From an uncultured Thermoleophilaceae bacterium (lineage in GTDB: Bacteria; Actinomycetota; Thermoleophilia; Solirubrobacterales; Thermoleophilaceae): DNA of 64,000 nucleotides. The stretch is taken from assembly GCA_963802855.1 (NCBI GenBank), contig CAWDJP010000007.1, forward strand, positions 96,035 to 160,034. Direction: 5' to 3'. The notes under the pieces were generated by a model that was not told the origin of the DNA, did not search any database, and saw nothing but the letters and a program-made list of their open reading frames with translations. Made by a program: the position numbers and the translations under genes. Positions 37,502-49,835 of the stretch are shown here, piece by piece. How positions within the stretch are numbered: the stretch's first letter is position 1; every line of letters begins with the position of its first letter.

Positions 37502-38190
37502 CTAGCGTCTTCGCGTCCGGCGCGGGTCCGGGACGTAGGTGGCCGTGTAGTAGGGCCGCTCCCGTGAAGTAGGTGCAGCCGAATGTCTTGACGGTCATCA
37601 GCCTGGTCATACTGGCGCCTGCTGGTCGACGTTCGCGCAGGTTGCGCCGGCCGCGACGAGCGCCACCAGTGTCGCGCTGCAGGCCGACCGCGAAGGCGGG
37701 CGCCCAGGTGGGGACGGTGAGGGCCACGATGTTGCTTGGCCTTCACGACCTTGAGCGGCTCGTCGAGCACGAAGGTGGGTGCGGAGCCGAAGTAGTGGGT
37801 CCACGCTTGAACGCCGGGCTCTGGGCGAGCAGGCGGTGGGTCCGGCGGGTGCCGCGCTGCTGGCCCTGGCGCAGGATCGACAGGCGCACCTGCGGGTCGG
37901 CCCCGTAGAGGTCCTCGAAGAAGCGCTCCTGCGTGCGCGTCCGGATTGCCGAGCCGGATGGTGAACGCGACGATCTTGCCGGCGCGCGGGATCACGAACG
38001 GGTTCGCTAGCGCTGCCGCCGCGGCCCATGGTAGCCGGTCACGCGGCCGATGCGCCTGGCAGTTGCGCCGGGGCAGCTGACCGTCGCGCGGGGGATCTGC
38101 GACGCCGAGCTCGACGACCTTCGCCGAGGCGGCCTGGGGCAGCACGAGGGCCGGCGAGGACGGTCGCCGGTTAGGAGGAGTTCGCTTCAT
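37502..38190 (-). pseudogene. Secreted hypothetical protein, multiple frameshifts
   Basis: ATG at 38190 ([23 protein letters not shown]). Protein-like segments alternate among all three frames (..[14 protein letters not shown] / [24 protein letters not shown] / [23 protein letters not shown] / [17 protein letters not shown] / [12 protein letters not shown] / [16 protein letters not shown]-stop at 37502). Confidence 0.5.
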
Positions 38191-38237
38191 GATCTGGGGT
38201 ACGAACACGCGTACTGGCGCGAAAGTTGCGCCGCTGA

Positions 38238-38456
38238 CTACTTGTAGCTGTAGGTGATGCGCCCGCGATCCAGGTCGTAGGGCGACAACTCGATCTTCAC
38301 GCGGTCGCCGGGCAGGATGCGGATGTAGTGGCGCCGCATCTTGCCCGAGATGTGCCCGAGCACCTCGTGGTCGTTGTCCAGCTTGACCTTGAACATCGTG
38401 TTGGGGAGGGCCTCGAGGATCTCGCCCTCCATCTCGATCTTCTCTTCCTTGGCCAT
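38238..38456 (-). CDS. infA: Translation initiation factor IF-1
   Basis: Intact 72-aa ORF: [72 protein letters not shown]. Confidence 0.95.
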   Translation of the reverse strand: MAKEEKIEMEGEILEALPNTMFKVKLDNDHEVLGHISGKMRRHYIRILPGDRVKIELSPYDLDRGRITYSYK

Positions 38457-38661
38457 CCAGATCGCTGCGGACGTTCACCGCCTTCGGGCCCTTGTCGCCG
38501 GCCTCCTCCTCGTACTCGACCTTGGAGTTCTCGGCGAGCGTCTTGAAGCCGTCCCCCTCGATCCCGGAGAAGTGCACGAACAGGTCCCTGTCACCTTCGT
38601 CGGGCGTGATGAATCCGAAGCCCTTCTCGTCGTTGAACCACTTGACCGTTCCGGTCGGCAT
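38457..38661 (-). CDS. Cold-shock protein (CspA family); stop codon not present as written
   Basis: [66 protein letters not shown].. is a complete cold-shock domain. The ORF then reads through infA to 37414. Removing one c from the cc at 38457-38458 would create atcTGATGgcc, a stop overlapping the infA start. Confidence 0.8.
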
Positions 38662-38733
38662 CTTGCGTATGCACCTCGCTGTTCCTCGCCCCGGCCCCCT
38701 TGCCGGCGCGTATGGCGCAGAGGAAGCTAGCAG

Positions 38734-39511
38734 TCAGCGTCCCCGGAAGTGGCCTTGCCGGGCCCCTCGGCGAGGAACTTCTCGACCGCCTCTCGAGGTC
38801 CTCGGTCTCGAACAGGGGGCTGCCGATGTCGGCCGTGCGGGCGTCTGCGCCGCGCGTGCCCTCGTCGGTCTGGGCCCGCACGATCCGCTTCGTGGCGGCG
38901 TTCGCGAGCGTCGGGCCCGGCCGCCAGCCGGTGGCGCGAACTTCATCGCCTTCTCCGCCAGATCGTCGTCGGGCAGCACCCGGTTCACCACGTTCCAGCG
39001 CTCGAGCGTCTCCGCCGGTAGAGGCCGCCGCTCATCACCAGCTCGCGCGCCCGCGCGGGCCCGGCGCGCTCGGCCACGCGCTGGGTGCCGCCCATCAGCG
39101 GGGTGAGGCCCGACCACGATCTCCACCAGCCCGAACTGCGCCGACTCGGCGGCCCAGATCATGTCGCAGGCCAGCGAGAGCTCGAAGCCCGCGGTCAGGC
39201 ACAGCCCGTGCACGACGGCGAGGGTCGGGAACGGCAGGTCCTCGAGCTGTGGGTCATGGCGAGCAGCTCGCCGGTGAACTCGCGCGCGTCGGCCTCGGAC
39301 AGGCCGTGGAACACGTTCACGTCCGCGCCGCCGGTGAACACTCGACCCTCGGCGCGCACGATCAGCGCGCGCGGCCCGTCCGCCGCCGCGGCGTCGAGCG
39401 CCTGGCCAGGACCGCCTCGGTCAGCTCGCGGCCGAACAGGTTCAGCGGCGGGTCGTCGATCGTGAGGACGCCGAGGTCGCCGTCGCGCTCGTAGCGCGCG
39501 CGCTCGCTCAC
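38734..39511 (-). pseudogene. Enoyl-CoA hydratase/isomerase family protein, about 8 frameshifts
   Basis: The GTG at 39511 overlaps the HIT stop. The reconstructed protein is VSERARYERDGDLGVLTIDDPPLNLF..IVRAEGRVFTGGADVNVF..VVHGLCLTAGFELSLACDMIWAAESAQFGLVEIVVGLTPLMGGTQR..NRVLPDDDLAEKAMKFA..FETEDL.EAVEKFLAEGPGKATFRGR-stop. Eight +/-1 changes are needed, all in short homopolymers. Confidence 0.8.
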
Positions 39512-39923
39512 GCGCGCAGCTCGCCGGCGACCTCGGCCAGCTCGCCCTCCTCGGGCTGGCGCGGCATGCCCGGGCAGCGGAGCGGGTCGTCGCTGCCAGC
39601 GCGGGATCACGTGGATGTGGAGGTGGAACACGCGTCTGCCACGCGGCCGGCTCGCAGCGAGTTGAGGAGGTTCACGCCCTCGGCGCCGAGCGCGTCGCGC
39701 ATCCGCGGCGGCCAGCCGCTTGGCGGCCGCCGACGGCGTGCGCGAGGTCCTCCTCGGCGACCTCGTAGAGGTTCTTGGAGTGGTTGCGCGGGATCACCAG
39801 CGCGTGGCCGCGGGTCCACGGGTTGATGTCCATGAACGCGATCGTGTGCTCGTCCTCGTCGATCCGCTCGGAGGGCAGCTCGCCCGCCACGATCTTGCAG
39901 AAGATGCAGTCCTCGTCCGGCAC
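39508..39923 (-). pseudogene. HIT (histidine triad) family protein, about 3 frameshifts
   Basis: GTG at 39923. DEDCIFCKIVAGELPSERIDEDEHTIAFMDINPWTRGHALVIPRNH.. / ..MRDALGAEGVNLLNS.. / VFHLHIHVIPRW (HxHxH motif) / DDPLRCPGMPRQPEEGELAEVAGELRA-stop are spread over three frames. Confidence 0.8.
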
Positions 39924-41100
39924 GGCGGGGTACCCTACAGCGCCGCTGTGGCGCCTCCTGACCGAGACAGAGCTGCGCGAGCGGGTCGAGCGGCTCGCCG
40001 CGATCGATCGCCCATCGGCCTCCGACGGGCGAGCGCCGAGGCGGCCGAGCTGATCGCGGCGGAGCTGCGCGAGTCGGGCGCGCGTGCGAGACCGAGGACG
40101 GACGCGCACGGCACCTACTGGTGGCCGGTCGGGATCCTCACGGCGCTGCCGCCGGGGCGCTCACGGCCGCTGGCCGGCTCGTCGGGCCTGTTCGCGGCCG
40201 ATCGCCGTGATCGACGACATCACCGGCGGGAGGCAGTGGTTCCGGCGGACGCTCCTGCCCCAGCGCGACCACCACGAACGTGGTCGCGGAGTTCGGCGAG
40301 GGCGAGCGACACGGTGATCGTGGTCGCCCACCACGACGCCGCCCACTCGGGATCGTGTTCCACCCCGAGCTGCCGCGCGCGGTGCTGCGCCGGTTCCCGA
40401 AGCTGGCCGAGAACGCCGACACCACGCCCGGCACGATGTGGGGCGCCGTCGGCGGGCCCGCTGCTGGTGGCCGCTCGGCTCCTCTGGGCTGCGCTTGCTG
40501 CGGCGCGTTCCTGTGCGCCGGGCTACGCCGCGGCGATGGCGGACATCGGCCTGCGCAGCGTGGTGCCGGGCGCCAACGACAACCTCACCGGCGTGGCCGT
40601 GCTGCTCTCGCTGGCGCGGTCGCTGAGCGACGAGCCGATCCCCGGCATGCGCGTGATCCTGCTCTCGACCGGCTCCGAGGAGTCGTTCATGGAGGGGATG
40701 CAGGCCTTCGCGCGGCGGCACTTCCCGGACCTGCCGACGGAGCGCACGCGGGTGATCTGCGTCGACACCGTCGGCTCGCCCCACCTGCTCGCGCTCGAGG
40801 GCGAGGGCATGGTGTGGATGAACGAGTACCCCAAGGACCTGCTCGCCCGAGGTGAAGGAGATCGCCGACGAGCTGGGCATCGAGCTGGTTCCGAACCTGC
40901 GCCTGCGCAACGCCACCGACGGGCTGATCGCGCTGCGCGCCGGCTACCCGACGGTCACGTTCGGCTCGGTGGACGAGTTCAAGATCCCCACCAACTACCA
41001 CTGGCCGACGGACACGGCCGACCGCGTGGACTACGGCACGGTGGCGACATGCGCGCGGCTGTCGCGCGAGCTGATCGTCAGAGCCAGCCCACGCGCTTGA
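39904..41100 (+). pseudogene. M28-family metallopeptidase, at least 7 frameshifts
   Basis: Segments LWRLLTETELRERVERLAAIDRPSASDG / AAELIAAELRESGAR..HGTYWWPVGILTA / AVIDDITGGRQWFRR / VVAEFGEGE / TVIVVAHHDAAHSG / IVFHPELPRAVLRRFPKLAE / PGANDNLTGVAVLLSLARSL..STGSEESFMEGMQAF / VKEIADELG..NYHWPTDTADRVDY alternate between frames. The start (ATG 39904) is uncertain. Confidence 0.7.
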
Positions 41101-42056
41101 AGTAGCGGTACAGCCCGAAGCACACGGCCAGCATCACCGACAGGATCAGCGGGTAGCCGTACTGCCAGGTCAGCTCGGGCATGTGCTCGAAGTTCATGCC
41201 GTAGATGCCCGCGATCATGCGTCGGCACGGCGATGATCGCCACGACGGCCGAGATCTTGCGCACGTCCTCGTTCTGGCGGACGCTCACCTGGGTCAGGTT
41301 CGCGGTCAGCACGCTGGTCAGCAGCTCGCGGAAGCCCTCGAGCTGCTCGCTGCACCCGGATCAGGTGGTCGTTCACGTCGCGGAAGTACTCCCGACCTCG
41401 GCGGTGGATCAGCGTCGTAGCGGCCCGCCGGCGAGGCGGTTGATGGGCTCGACCAGCGGCGCGGCCGCGCGGTGTGAACTCGAGCACCTCGCGCTTGAGC
41501 TTGTAGATGCGCTCCGCCGAGCTGCGCCGCGACGACGAGAAGACGTCGGCCTCGACCTCCTCGATGTCGGTCTGCAGGCCCTCGATCGCGGGCACGTAGT
41601 CGTCCACCACGCGGTCGACGATCGCGTGCAGCACGGCGCCCGGTCCGCGCCGAAGATGCTCCGGGTCGCGCTCTATCTGCTCACGCACCGGATGAAGGTC
41701 GGTGGCGGTCGCCGTGGCGCACCGTCACGATGAACTGCTCGCCGATGAAGATCAGGATCTCGCCGAACTCGACGACCTCCTCGCTGTCGACGTAGCGGGC
41801 CGTCTTGAGCACCACGAACACCATCTCGTCGTACATCTCGAGCTTGGGCCGCTGGTGGGCGTGGATCGCGTCCTCGACGGCCAGCTCGTGCAGGTCGAAC
41901 TCGCGCGTGACCGCGTCGAACTCCTCGGCGGTCGGGCTCGTACAGCCCGATCCAGACGAACGCGTTGGTGGCACGGCACGCCTCGAGCGCCTCGTGCATG
42001 TCTACAGCGCCGTCCCGGCGCTCGCCTCCCTCGTACACGGCGCAGTCGACGATCAT
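41078..42056 (-). pseudogene. corA: Magnesium/cobalt transporter CorA, at least 6 frameshifts
   Basis: The ATG at 42056 overlaps the cca stop. Segments MIVDCAVYEGGERRDG..FVWIGLYEP / TAEEFDAVTREFDLHELAVEDAIHAHQRPKLEMYDEMVFVVLKTARY / REQIERDPEHL..AIEGLQTDIEEVEADVF / YFRDVNDHLIRV / LTANLTQVSVRQNEDVRKISAVVAIIAVP / TMIAGIYGMNFEHMPEL (GMN motif)..RYFKRVGWL-stop are in different frames. Confidence 0.8.
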
Positions 42057-43458
42057 CGCTCGCGATTCTCGCGCACCCGGCGGGCGTATGCGACCGCCTC
42101 GTCGCGCGTCGACACCTCCCCGGCATACACCGCCGCCTCCAGCTGCCCGAGCAGCTCGCCGATCTCGGGACCGGGCTCCAGGCCGAGCGCCGCGGCCAGG
42201 TCGTCCCCCCTGACGGGAGGCCGCGGTGGTCCGTGCGCGTGCCACTCGAGCGCGGCGGCCCATCACCTCGCGCGCCAGCTCGAGATGCGCCTCGATCCAC
42301 GGCTCCTGGCCGGGGCCGCGGGTGGCCAGGCGATCGGCGCGCCGAGAGTACGGTCACGTCGACCTCGACCGGCTCGCAGCGGCGCAGATAGGCGTGCAGA
42401 GCGCGCCGCGTCAGCGGCCGCTCGTGAACGAGGAACCCGAGCACCAGATGCTCTCGCGCGAGCTTGCCGACGTAGGAGCTCAAGCGCTCGCTCGCGCGCA
42501 GGCGGCGGAAGACCTCGCTCACCATCTCCTGTCCCACGGCGTCGTGGCCGATGAACGTGACGCGCCCGTCGGCGCGCTGGCCGCGAGTGGCCGGCTTGGC
42601 GACGTCGTGGAAGAGGGCGCCGAAGCGCAGGGCCTCGCCGCGCTTGAGCTCGTCGGCCAGCGGCTCGGCGAGGACGGCTTCGACCCCCGGCGCCAGCTCG
42701 CCGAAGACGGAGCCGAGATTCGCTTCCAGCTCGATCAGCCTTCGCAGGACCTCGACCGTGTGGTCGTACACGTCGAGATGGTGGAAATGGCTCTGCTCGA
42801 CACCGCTGAGGGCGGTCAGCTCGGGGAGCACGGCGTCCAGCACTTTCAGCCGCGCGGCAAGCTCGAGCCCCGCGAGGCAGCCCGGGGCGACGATCAGCCG
42901 GCGGAGCTCCGCGAACGTGCGCTCGGGTGAGGGCTCGACGAGCCGGTGGGCGGCGGCGGCGGTCAGCCGCTCGGTGTCCGGATCGGGCACCAGGCCCAGC
43001 TCTGCGACGAGGCGCACGAGGCGCAGGGGGCGCAGCGGGTCGGCCTCGTACGCGCCTGGGCCGAGCACCCTCAGCACCCCCGCAGTCAGGTCGGCCGCCC
43101 CGCCGTGCGGGTCGATCAGCTCGGCCGCGGGGTCGCCCTCCGGGCCGATCGCCACGGCCATGGCGTTGACGGTGAAGTCGCGCAGGCCCAGGTCGGCCTC
43201 GATCTCGGTGCCCTGGAGGGCGGACACGTCGCAGACGAACCGACGCTCGCCGTCGAGCGCCCGCCAGGCGCCGAACTGCTCCGAGAGCGGGAAGACCGGG
43301 CCGCCGACCGCCGCGCCGACCGACCGCGCGGCCCGCTCGGGATCGCCGTCGACCGCCACGTCCACGTCGCGCAGCTCGCGGCCCAGCATCGCGTCCCGCA
43401 CCACGCCGCCGACCAGCCAGGCTGCGTCCCCGCCCGCCAGCGCCGCGCTCGACGGCAC
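42053..43458 (-). pseudogene. cca: CCA-adding tRNA nucleotidyltransferase / poly(A) polymerase family, 2 frameshifts in the 3' part
   Basis: AWLVGGVVRDAMLGRELRDVDVAV, DFTVNAMAV, HD-domain FHDVAKP. It is intact to ..EVDVTVLS. The continuation RADRLATRGPGQEPWIEAHLELAREVM and then AALEWHAHGPP..RDEAVAYARRVRENRER-stop needs shifts near 42343-42346 and about 42262. Confidence 0.8.
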
Positions 43459-43488
43459 GCACCGGCTCAGCGGTGACCAGCGCTGCGA

Positions 43489-44580
43489 TCACGCCTCGTG
43501 CGAGCGCCTCACGCGCGCGGACAAGCCGCAGGTGATCTCGTAGTTGATCGTGTGCAGGCGACTCGCCACCTCCTCGCAGAGGATGCGCTCGTCCCCTTGG
43601 GCGCCGATCAGGACCGCCTCGTCGCCCACCTCCACGTCGGTGTCGGGCCCAAGGTCCACGGTCACGTTGTCCATGCTCACGGTTCCGGCCAAGGGATGGC
43701 GGCGCCCACGGATCAGCACGTCGCAGTCGTTGGTCAGCGCGCGTCGCCATCCGTCGCCATAGCCGATCGGCAACGTCGCGACCCAGCCCGGCTCGGTGGC
43801 CATCCACCGCCGCCCGTAGCCGACGGTCTCCCCCGCAGCGAACCGCTTCACCGCGGCCACGTAGGTCTCGAGCGTCAACGCCGGCTCAAGGCCATGGGGC
43901 GCCGGGTCTCGCTGGAACGGGTCCAGCCCGTACACCGCCACGCCGCAGCGCACCATGTCGAAGTGGGACGCCGGATCACGCAGGGTGGCGGCGCTGTTGG
44001 CCGCGTGCACCAACGCGTCGCCCCGATCGACGGACCCGACGAACTCCTCGAACCGCCGCAGTTGGACCGGGAAATGGTGGTCACCCGGCTCGTCGGCGGT
44101 GGCGAAATGGGTCATCAGGCCGGCCAGCTCGGTGTCGCTCCCCGCGGCCGTCTCGGCCGCTATCGCGCGGACCTCGGCTGGGTCCTTCGCACCTAGCCTG
44201 CCCATTCCCGTGTCCAGCTTCACGTGCACGCGCGGCCTTCGCGCTGCAAGCGCACGAAGGAAAGCGATATCCCACACCACGATGTCGGCGTCGACGGCGA
44301 TCGCGGCCTGCGCCTCCTCCCCGGTGAGCGCGCCCATCACGAGGATTCGACCGCCGATGCCGTTCTCGCGCAGCTCCACGGCCTCGGCGGCCGTGGCCAC
44401 GGCGAGCCAGGTGGCTCCGCCCGCCAGCGCCGCGCGCGCGCATTCCACCGCTCCGTGGCCGTAGCCGTCGGCCTTGACCACCGCACAGAGCTGCGTGTCG
44501 CCGCTCAGCCGCGAGCGCAGCTGCCCGCAGTTGCGGGCTATCGCGCCGTCCCGGATGAGCGCGAGCGCACGTTCGGGCAT
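43489..44580 (-). CDS. alr: Alanine racemase
   Basis: 363-aa ORF: VVKADGYGHG (PLP-binding Lys) and VSMDNVTVDLG. Confidence 0.9.
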   Translation of the reverse strand: MPERALALIRDGAIARNCGQLRSRLSGDTQLCAVVKADGYGHGAVECARAALAGGATWLAVATAAEAVELRENGIGGRILVMGALTGEEAQAAIAVDADIVVWDIAFLRALAARRPRVHVKLDTGMGRLGAKDPAEVRAIAAETAAGSDTELAGLMTHFATADEPGDHHFPVQLRRFEEFVGSVDRGDALVHAANSAATLRDPASHFDMVRCGVAVYGLDPFQRDPAPHGLEPALTLETYVAAVKRFAAGETVGYGRRWMATEPGWVATLPIGYGDGWRRALTNDCDVLIRGRRHPLAGTVSMDNVTVDLGPDTDVEVGDEAVLIGAQGDERILCEEVASRLHTINYEITCGLSARVRRSHEA

Positions 44581-44587
44581 GTCGGCG

Positions 44588-45049
44588 TCAGTCCGCGACG
44601 AGCGCGCCGAGCAGATCCACGCGCGTGACCACGCCCACGAGGCGGCCGTGCTCGACCACGGGGAGGCGGTTGTGGCCCTTCTCGTGGACGATTCGCGCGG
44701 CGTCCTCGACCGTGGTGGAGGGCTCGACCGTGATCGGGTCCGCAGTCATCATGTCCGAGGCGGTGGAAGCGAATGCCTTCTTCAGGCGCCCCTCGAAGCG
44801 CCGCAGAGGCTCGATGAAGACCGTGCCCCCGAAGATGTTCACGTAGTGGGGAAGGTGCAGGTCTCCGTCATCGTCCGGCAGCACGAGGTCGGCCTCGGTG
44901 ACGATCCCTACCAGCCGCCCGCCCGCGTTCACCACCGGGACGCCCGGCAGCTCGTTGGCGCGCAGCGTACGGATCACCGACTCCACGTCCGTGTCCGGCG
45001 ACACCGTCTCCGGGTCGCGTTCCATGATCTCGCCGACGGTCTTCGGCAT
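44588..45049 (-). CDS. CBS-domain pair protein
   Basis: 153-aa ORF with two CBS repeats (VGEIMERDPETVSPDTDVESVIRTLRANELPGVPVV; MMTADPITVEPSTTVEDAARIVHEKGHNRLPVV). Confidence 0.8.
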   Translation of the reverse strand: MPKTVGEIMERDPETVSPDTDVESVIRTLRANELPGVPVVNAGGRLVGIVTEADLVLPDDDGDLHLPHYVNIFGGTVFIEPLRRFEGRLKKAFASTASDMMTADPITVEPSTTVEDAARIVHEKGHNRLPVVEHGRLVGVVTRVDLLGALVAD

Positions 45050-45075
45050 GGCGTCGGACGATATTGACTCCGCGC

Positions 45076-46616
45076 TCAGACCGAACGGAGGCCGTCGGGC
45101 AGCGCCGCGATCACGTCTCCCGCGATCACGTGATCCGCGCCGTGGCGCTGCGCGGCCGAGAACCCGGCCCGAACGTGAGCCAGCACTCCCAGCGCTGCGG
45201 CCTCGAACGGCTCCATTCCCTTGGCCAGCAGCGCGCCGATAAGGCCGGACAGCACGTCGCCGGTACCGGCGGTGGCGAGCGCAGGGGTACCGCCGGGGCT
45301 GACGGCGACCAGGCCCTCGGGTCTGGCCACGATCGTGTCGTCCCCCTTCAGGAGCACCACCGCGCCGCTGCGCTCGGCCGCCTCGCGAGCGCTCGCGAGC
45401 CGATGGCGGTCCACGTCGGCCGAGTCGCGCTTCAGCAGACGCCCCAGCTCGCCTGCGTGCGGGGTCAGCACCGTGGCGGCAGGCCGGTCGCGCAATGACT
45501 CCAGGGCACCCGCGTGCGCGTTCAGCCCGTCGGCGTCCACCAGCAGCGGGCGCTCGACCTGCCGCGCAACCTCGCGCGCGAACGCTTGCGCCCCCGCCGA
45601 ACGGCCCAGGCCGGGTCCCAGCACCACCGCTCCAGCCCGCTCGGCCATCCGCAGGACCTCCTCGACGCCGGCGGGCACGTGGCCTCCGTCGGAGCCCTCG
45701 GGCAGAGCCCTCGTCATCGCCTCGAGCAGGCGCAGGGAGAGCGTCTGCTCCGCGGAGTCCGGGACCGCCACCTGCACGTAGCCGGCCCCGGCGCGCTGAG
45801 CCGCGAGCGCGGTCATGGCGGGCGCGCCGGTGAGCCCCCGGGCGCCGCCCGCGATCACCACGGTCCCCGAGCTGAACTTGGACGCTTCGCGGCGACGGTG
45901 TGGGTAGAGGCCGAGCACCCGCGGGCTGATCAGGCCCGCCCTTCTGGGCTGGGGCGCACCGCGGGGCACACCGATATCCACCGTCTCGACCTCACCGGCG
46001 TGATAGGCGCCCGGCGCGACGTGCAGGCCGACCTTGGAGCCGTGGAACGTGGCTGTGACGTCAGCCCAGACCGCCTCGCCCGCCACTTCGCCCGACGAGG
46101 CGTCCACGCCGGACGGCACGTCGCAGGCCACCACGACCGCGTCCTGGCCGTTGATCGCGACGATCGCCCCGGCCGCGGGCTCACGCGGCGCCCCGGAGAA
46201 GCCCGTGCCCAGCAGGGCGTCCACGATCACGCCCGAGCCATCCAGGGCGGCGGGCTCGAACGCGGTCGGCGCGGCGCCCGGGAGCCGCTGGAGGTTGACG
46301 AGCGGGTCGCCCCGCAGCTCGTCGAGCGGCGCCGTGGACAGGACGTCGACCTCCCTCCCCTCCTCGCGCAGCAACCGCGCCACCACGAGTCCGTCGCCGC
46401 CGTTGTTGCCCTTGCCGATCACCACTCGGATCGGACCTCGAGTAGCAACGCGCGCCGTCGCCCGGGCCAGGCCGATGCCGGCGCGCTCCATCAAATCGAG
46501 CGAGGGGACGCCCGCTTCCTCGATCGTCCAAGCATCGACGGCGCGCATCTCGTCCGCCTCGTAGAGCGGATCGAGCCAGTCCCAGAGGCTGCCGGCCGTC
46601 TCCGGACGGCTGGCGG

Positions 46617-46620
<4 letters not shown>
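45076..46620 (-). CDS. Bifunctional NAD(P)H-hydrate epimerase / ADP-dependent dehydratase (YjeF/Nnr)
   Basis: ORF 45076-46893 trimmed to the GTG at 46620, which overlaps the glmS stop. VIGKGNNGGDGLVVAR (N-domain) and GTGDVLSG (C-domain). Confidence 0.85.
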
Positions 46621-48441
<1,821 letters not shown>

Positions 48442-48471
48442 GGGGAGGCTGCCAGGGTAACCCGAGAATGC

Positions 48472-49835
48472 TCAGGCCCCAAGCTCGCGCTCGACTACTT
48501 GCACGAGGCGCTGCGTGATCTCCGTGCATTCGGCCTCGTCTGGCGCCTCGACCATGACGCGGACGAGCGGCTCGGTGCCCGAAGGCCGCACCAGTACCCG
48601 CCCCCTCCCCTCCAGGAACTCGGACTCCGCAGCGATCGCATCGTGCACGCCCGCGGCACCCTCCAGGGCACCCCGGTCACGCACGGGCACGTTGACGAGC
48701 TGCTGCGGGAGCTTCTCCATCCCGCCGCGGTCGGCCAGGTCGCCGCCGCCCAGGGCCTCTAGGGTCAGCAGCGCCGACGCCAGGCCGTCGCCCGAGGGGA
48801 CGAAGCCGGTGTCGATGATGTGGCCGGACTGCTCGCCACCCAGCGCCCACTCTCGGCGAACGAGCTCGGCCAGCACGTGCCGGTCGCCTACGGGCGTGAC
48901 CGCCACCTCCACGCCCGCCGCCCTCATGGCGGTGTGAAAGCCGTAGTTGGTCATGACGGTCACCGCCACCCCTCCACCGGGCAGGCGACCCGCTTCCCGC
49001 AGGTGAAGAGCCGCGAGCGCCAGCAGCTCGTCGCCGTCGACCACGGCGCCGGTGCGGTCGACCGCGAGCACGCGGTCACCGTCGCCGTCGAAGGCGAAGC
49101 CGATGTCATAACCGCCCTCTGCGACCCGCTCCGCGAGCGCGTCCGACGTGGGTCGACCCGACGCCGTCGTTGATGTTGCGCCCGTCCGGGGTGACCGCAA
49201 GCGCCTCGGACTCGGCGCCCAGGCGGCGGAAGATCTCCGGCGCCACCTGGTACGTGGCGCCGTTCGCGCAGTCGAGCAGCACCCGCGTGCCCGACAGGTC
49301 GAGCTCACGGAAGCGCAGCTCCAGCTCGCGCAGGTAGTCGCCGCCGGCCCCGTGGAGCTCGCGCACTCGGCCGATGTCCGGATTTGGCAGCGCGTCGCCG
49401 CGAGCCAGCACCATCTCCTCGATCTGCGCCTCCTGCTCGTCGGAGACCTTCATGCCATCGGGGCCGAAGAACTTGATCCCGTTGTCCTCGTAGGGATTGT
49501 GGGAGGCCGATACGACCGCGGCCAGGTCGAACCCGTGACGACGGACCAGCAAAGCCGCCCCGGGCGTCGGCAGCACACCGCCCAGCAGCGCGTGCCCGCC
49601 GCCCGCCGCGACACCGGCCGCGAGCGATGCCTCGAGCATCTCGCCCGACTCGCGCGTGTCCCGCACTATGAGCACCTGCGGGCGCCTGCGCGGGAGCGAT
49701 CGCCGCCGCGGCCCGGCCCAGAGCCAGCGCCAGCTCGGCGCTCAGGAACTCCCCGGCGACGCCGCGTACACCGTCCGTGCCGAACAGCGCGCCGATGGCT
49801 CTACGCTCCCTTGCGGGCAGGAGCGGGTGGGCCAT
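48472..49835 (-). pseudogene. glmM: Phosphoglucosamine mutase, two frameshifts
   Basis: LFGTDGVRG.. (ORF 49305-49835) / PQVLIVRDTRESG..SASHNPYEDNGIKFF (ORF 49106-49675) / DALAERVAEGGYDIGFAFDGDGDR..GGEQSGH (ORF 48472-49308). There is an extra c/g at about 49680 and another at 49143-49144. Confidence 0.9.

Noticed and set aside
37414-38661. 415-aa ORF starting with a cold-shock domain, as if it were a large multidomain Csp
   Set aside because: It reads through infA in the wrong frame and then through the frameshifted secreted-protein gene. It exists only because the csp stop is missing, probably through an indel at 38457-38458.
37062-42350. Programmed ribosomal frameshifting or transcriptional slippage as an explanation for the dense frameshifts
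   Set aside because: There are dozens of shifts in both directions, affecting unrelated genes on both strands. No shared slippery heptamer or downstream structure is visible, and the shifts occur at ordinary 2-4 nt homopolymers.
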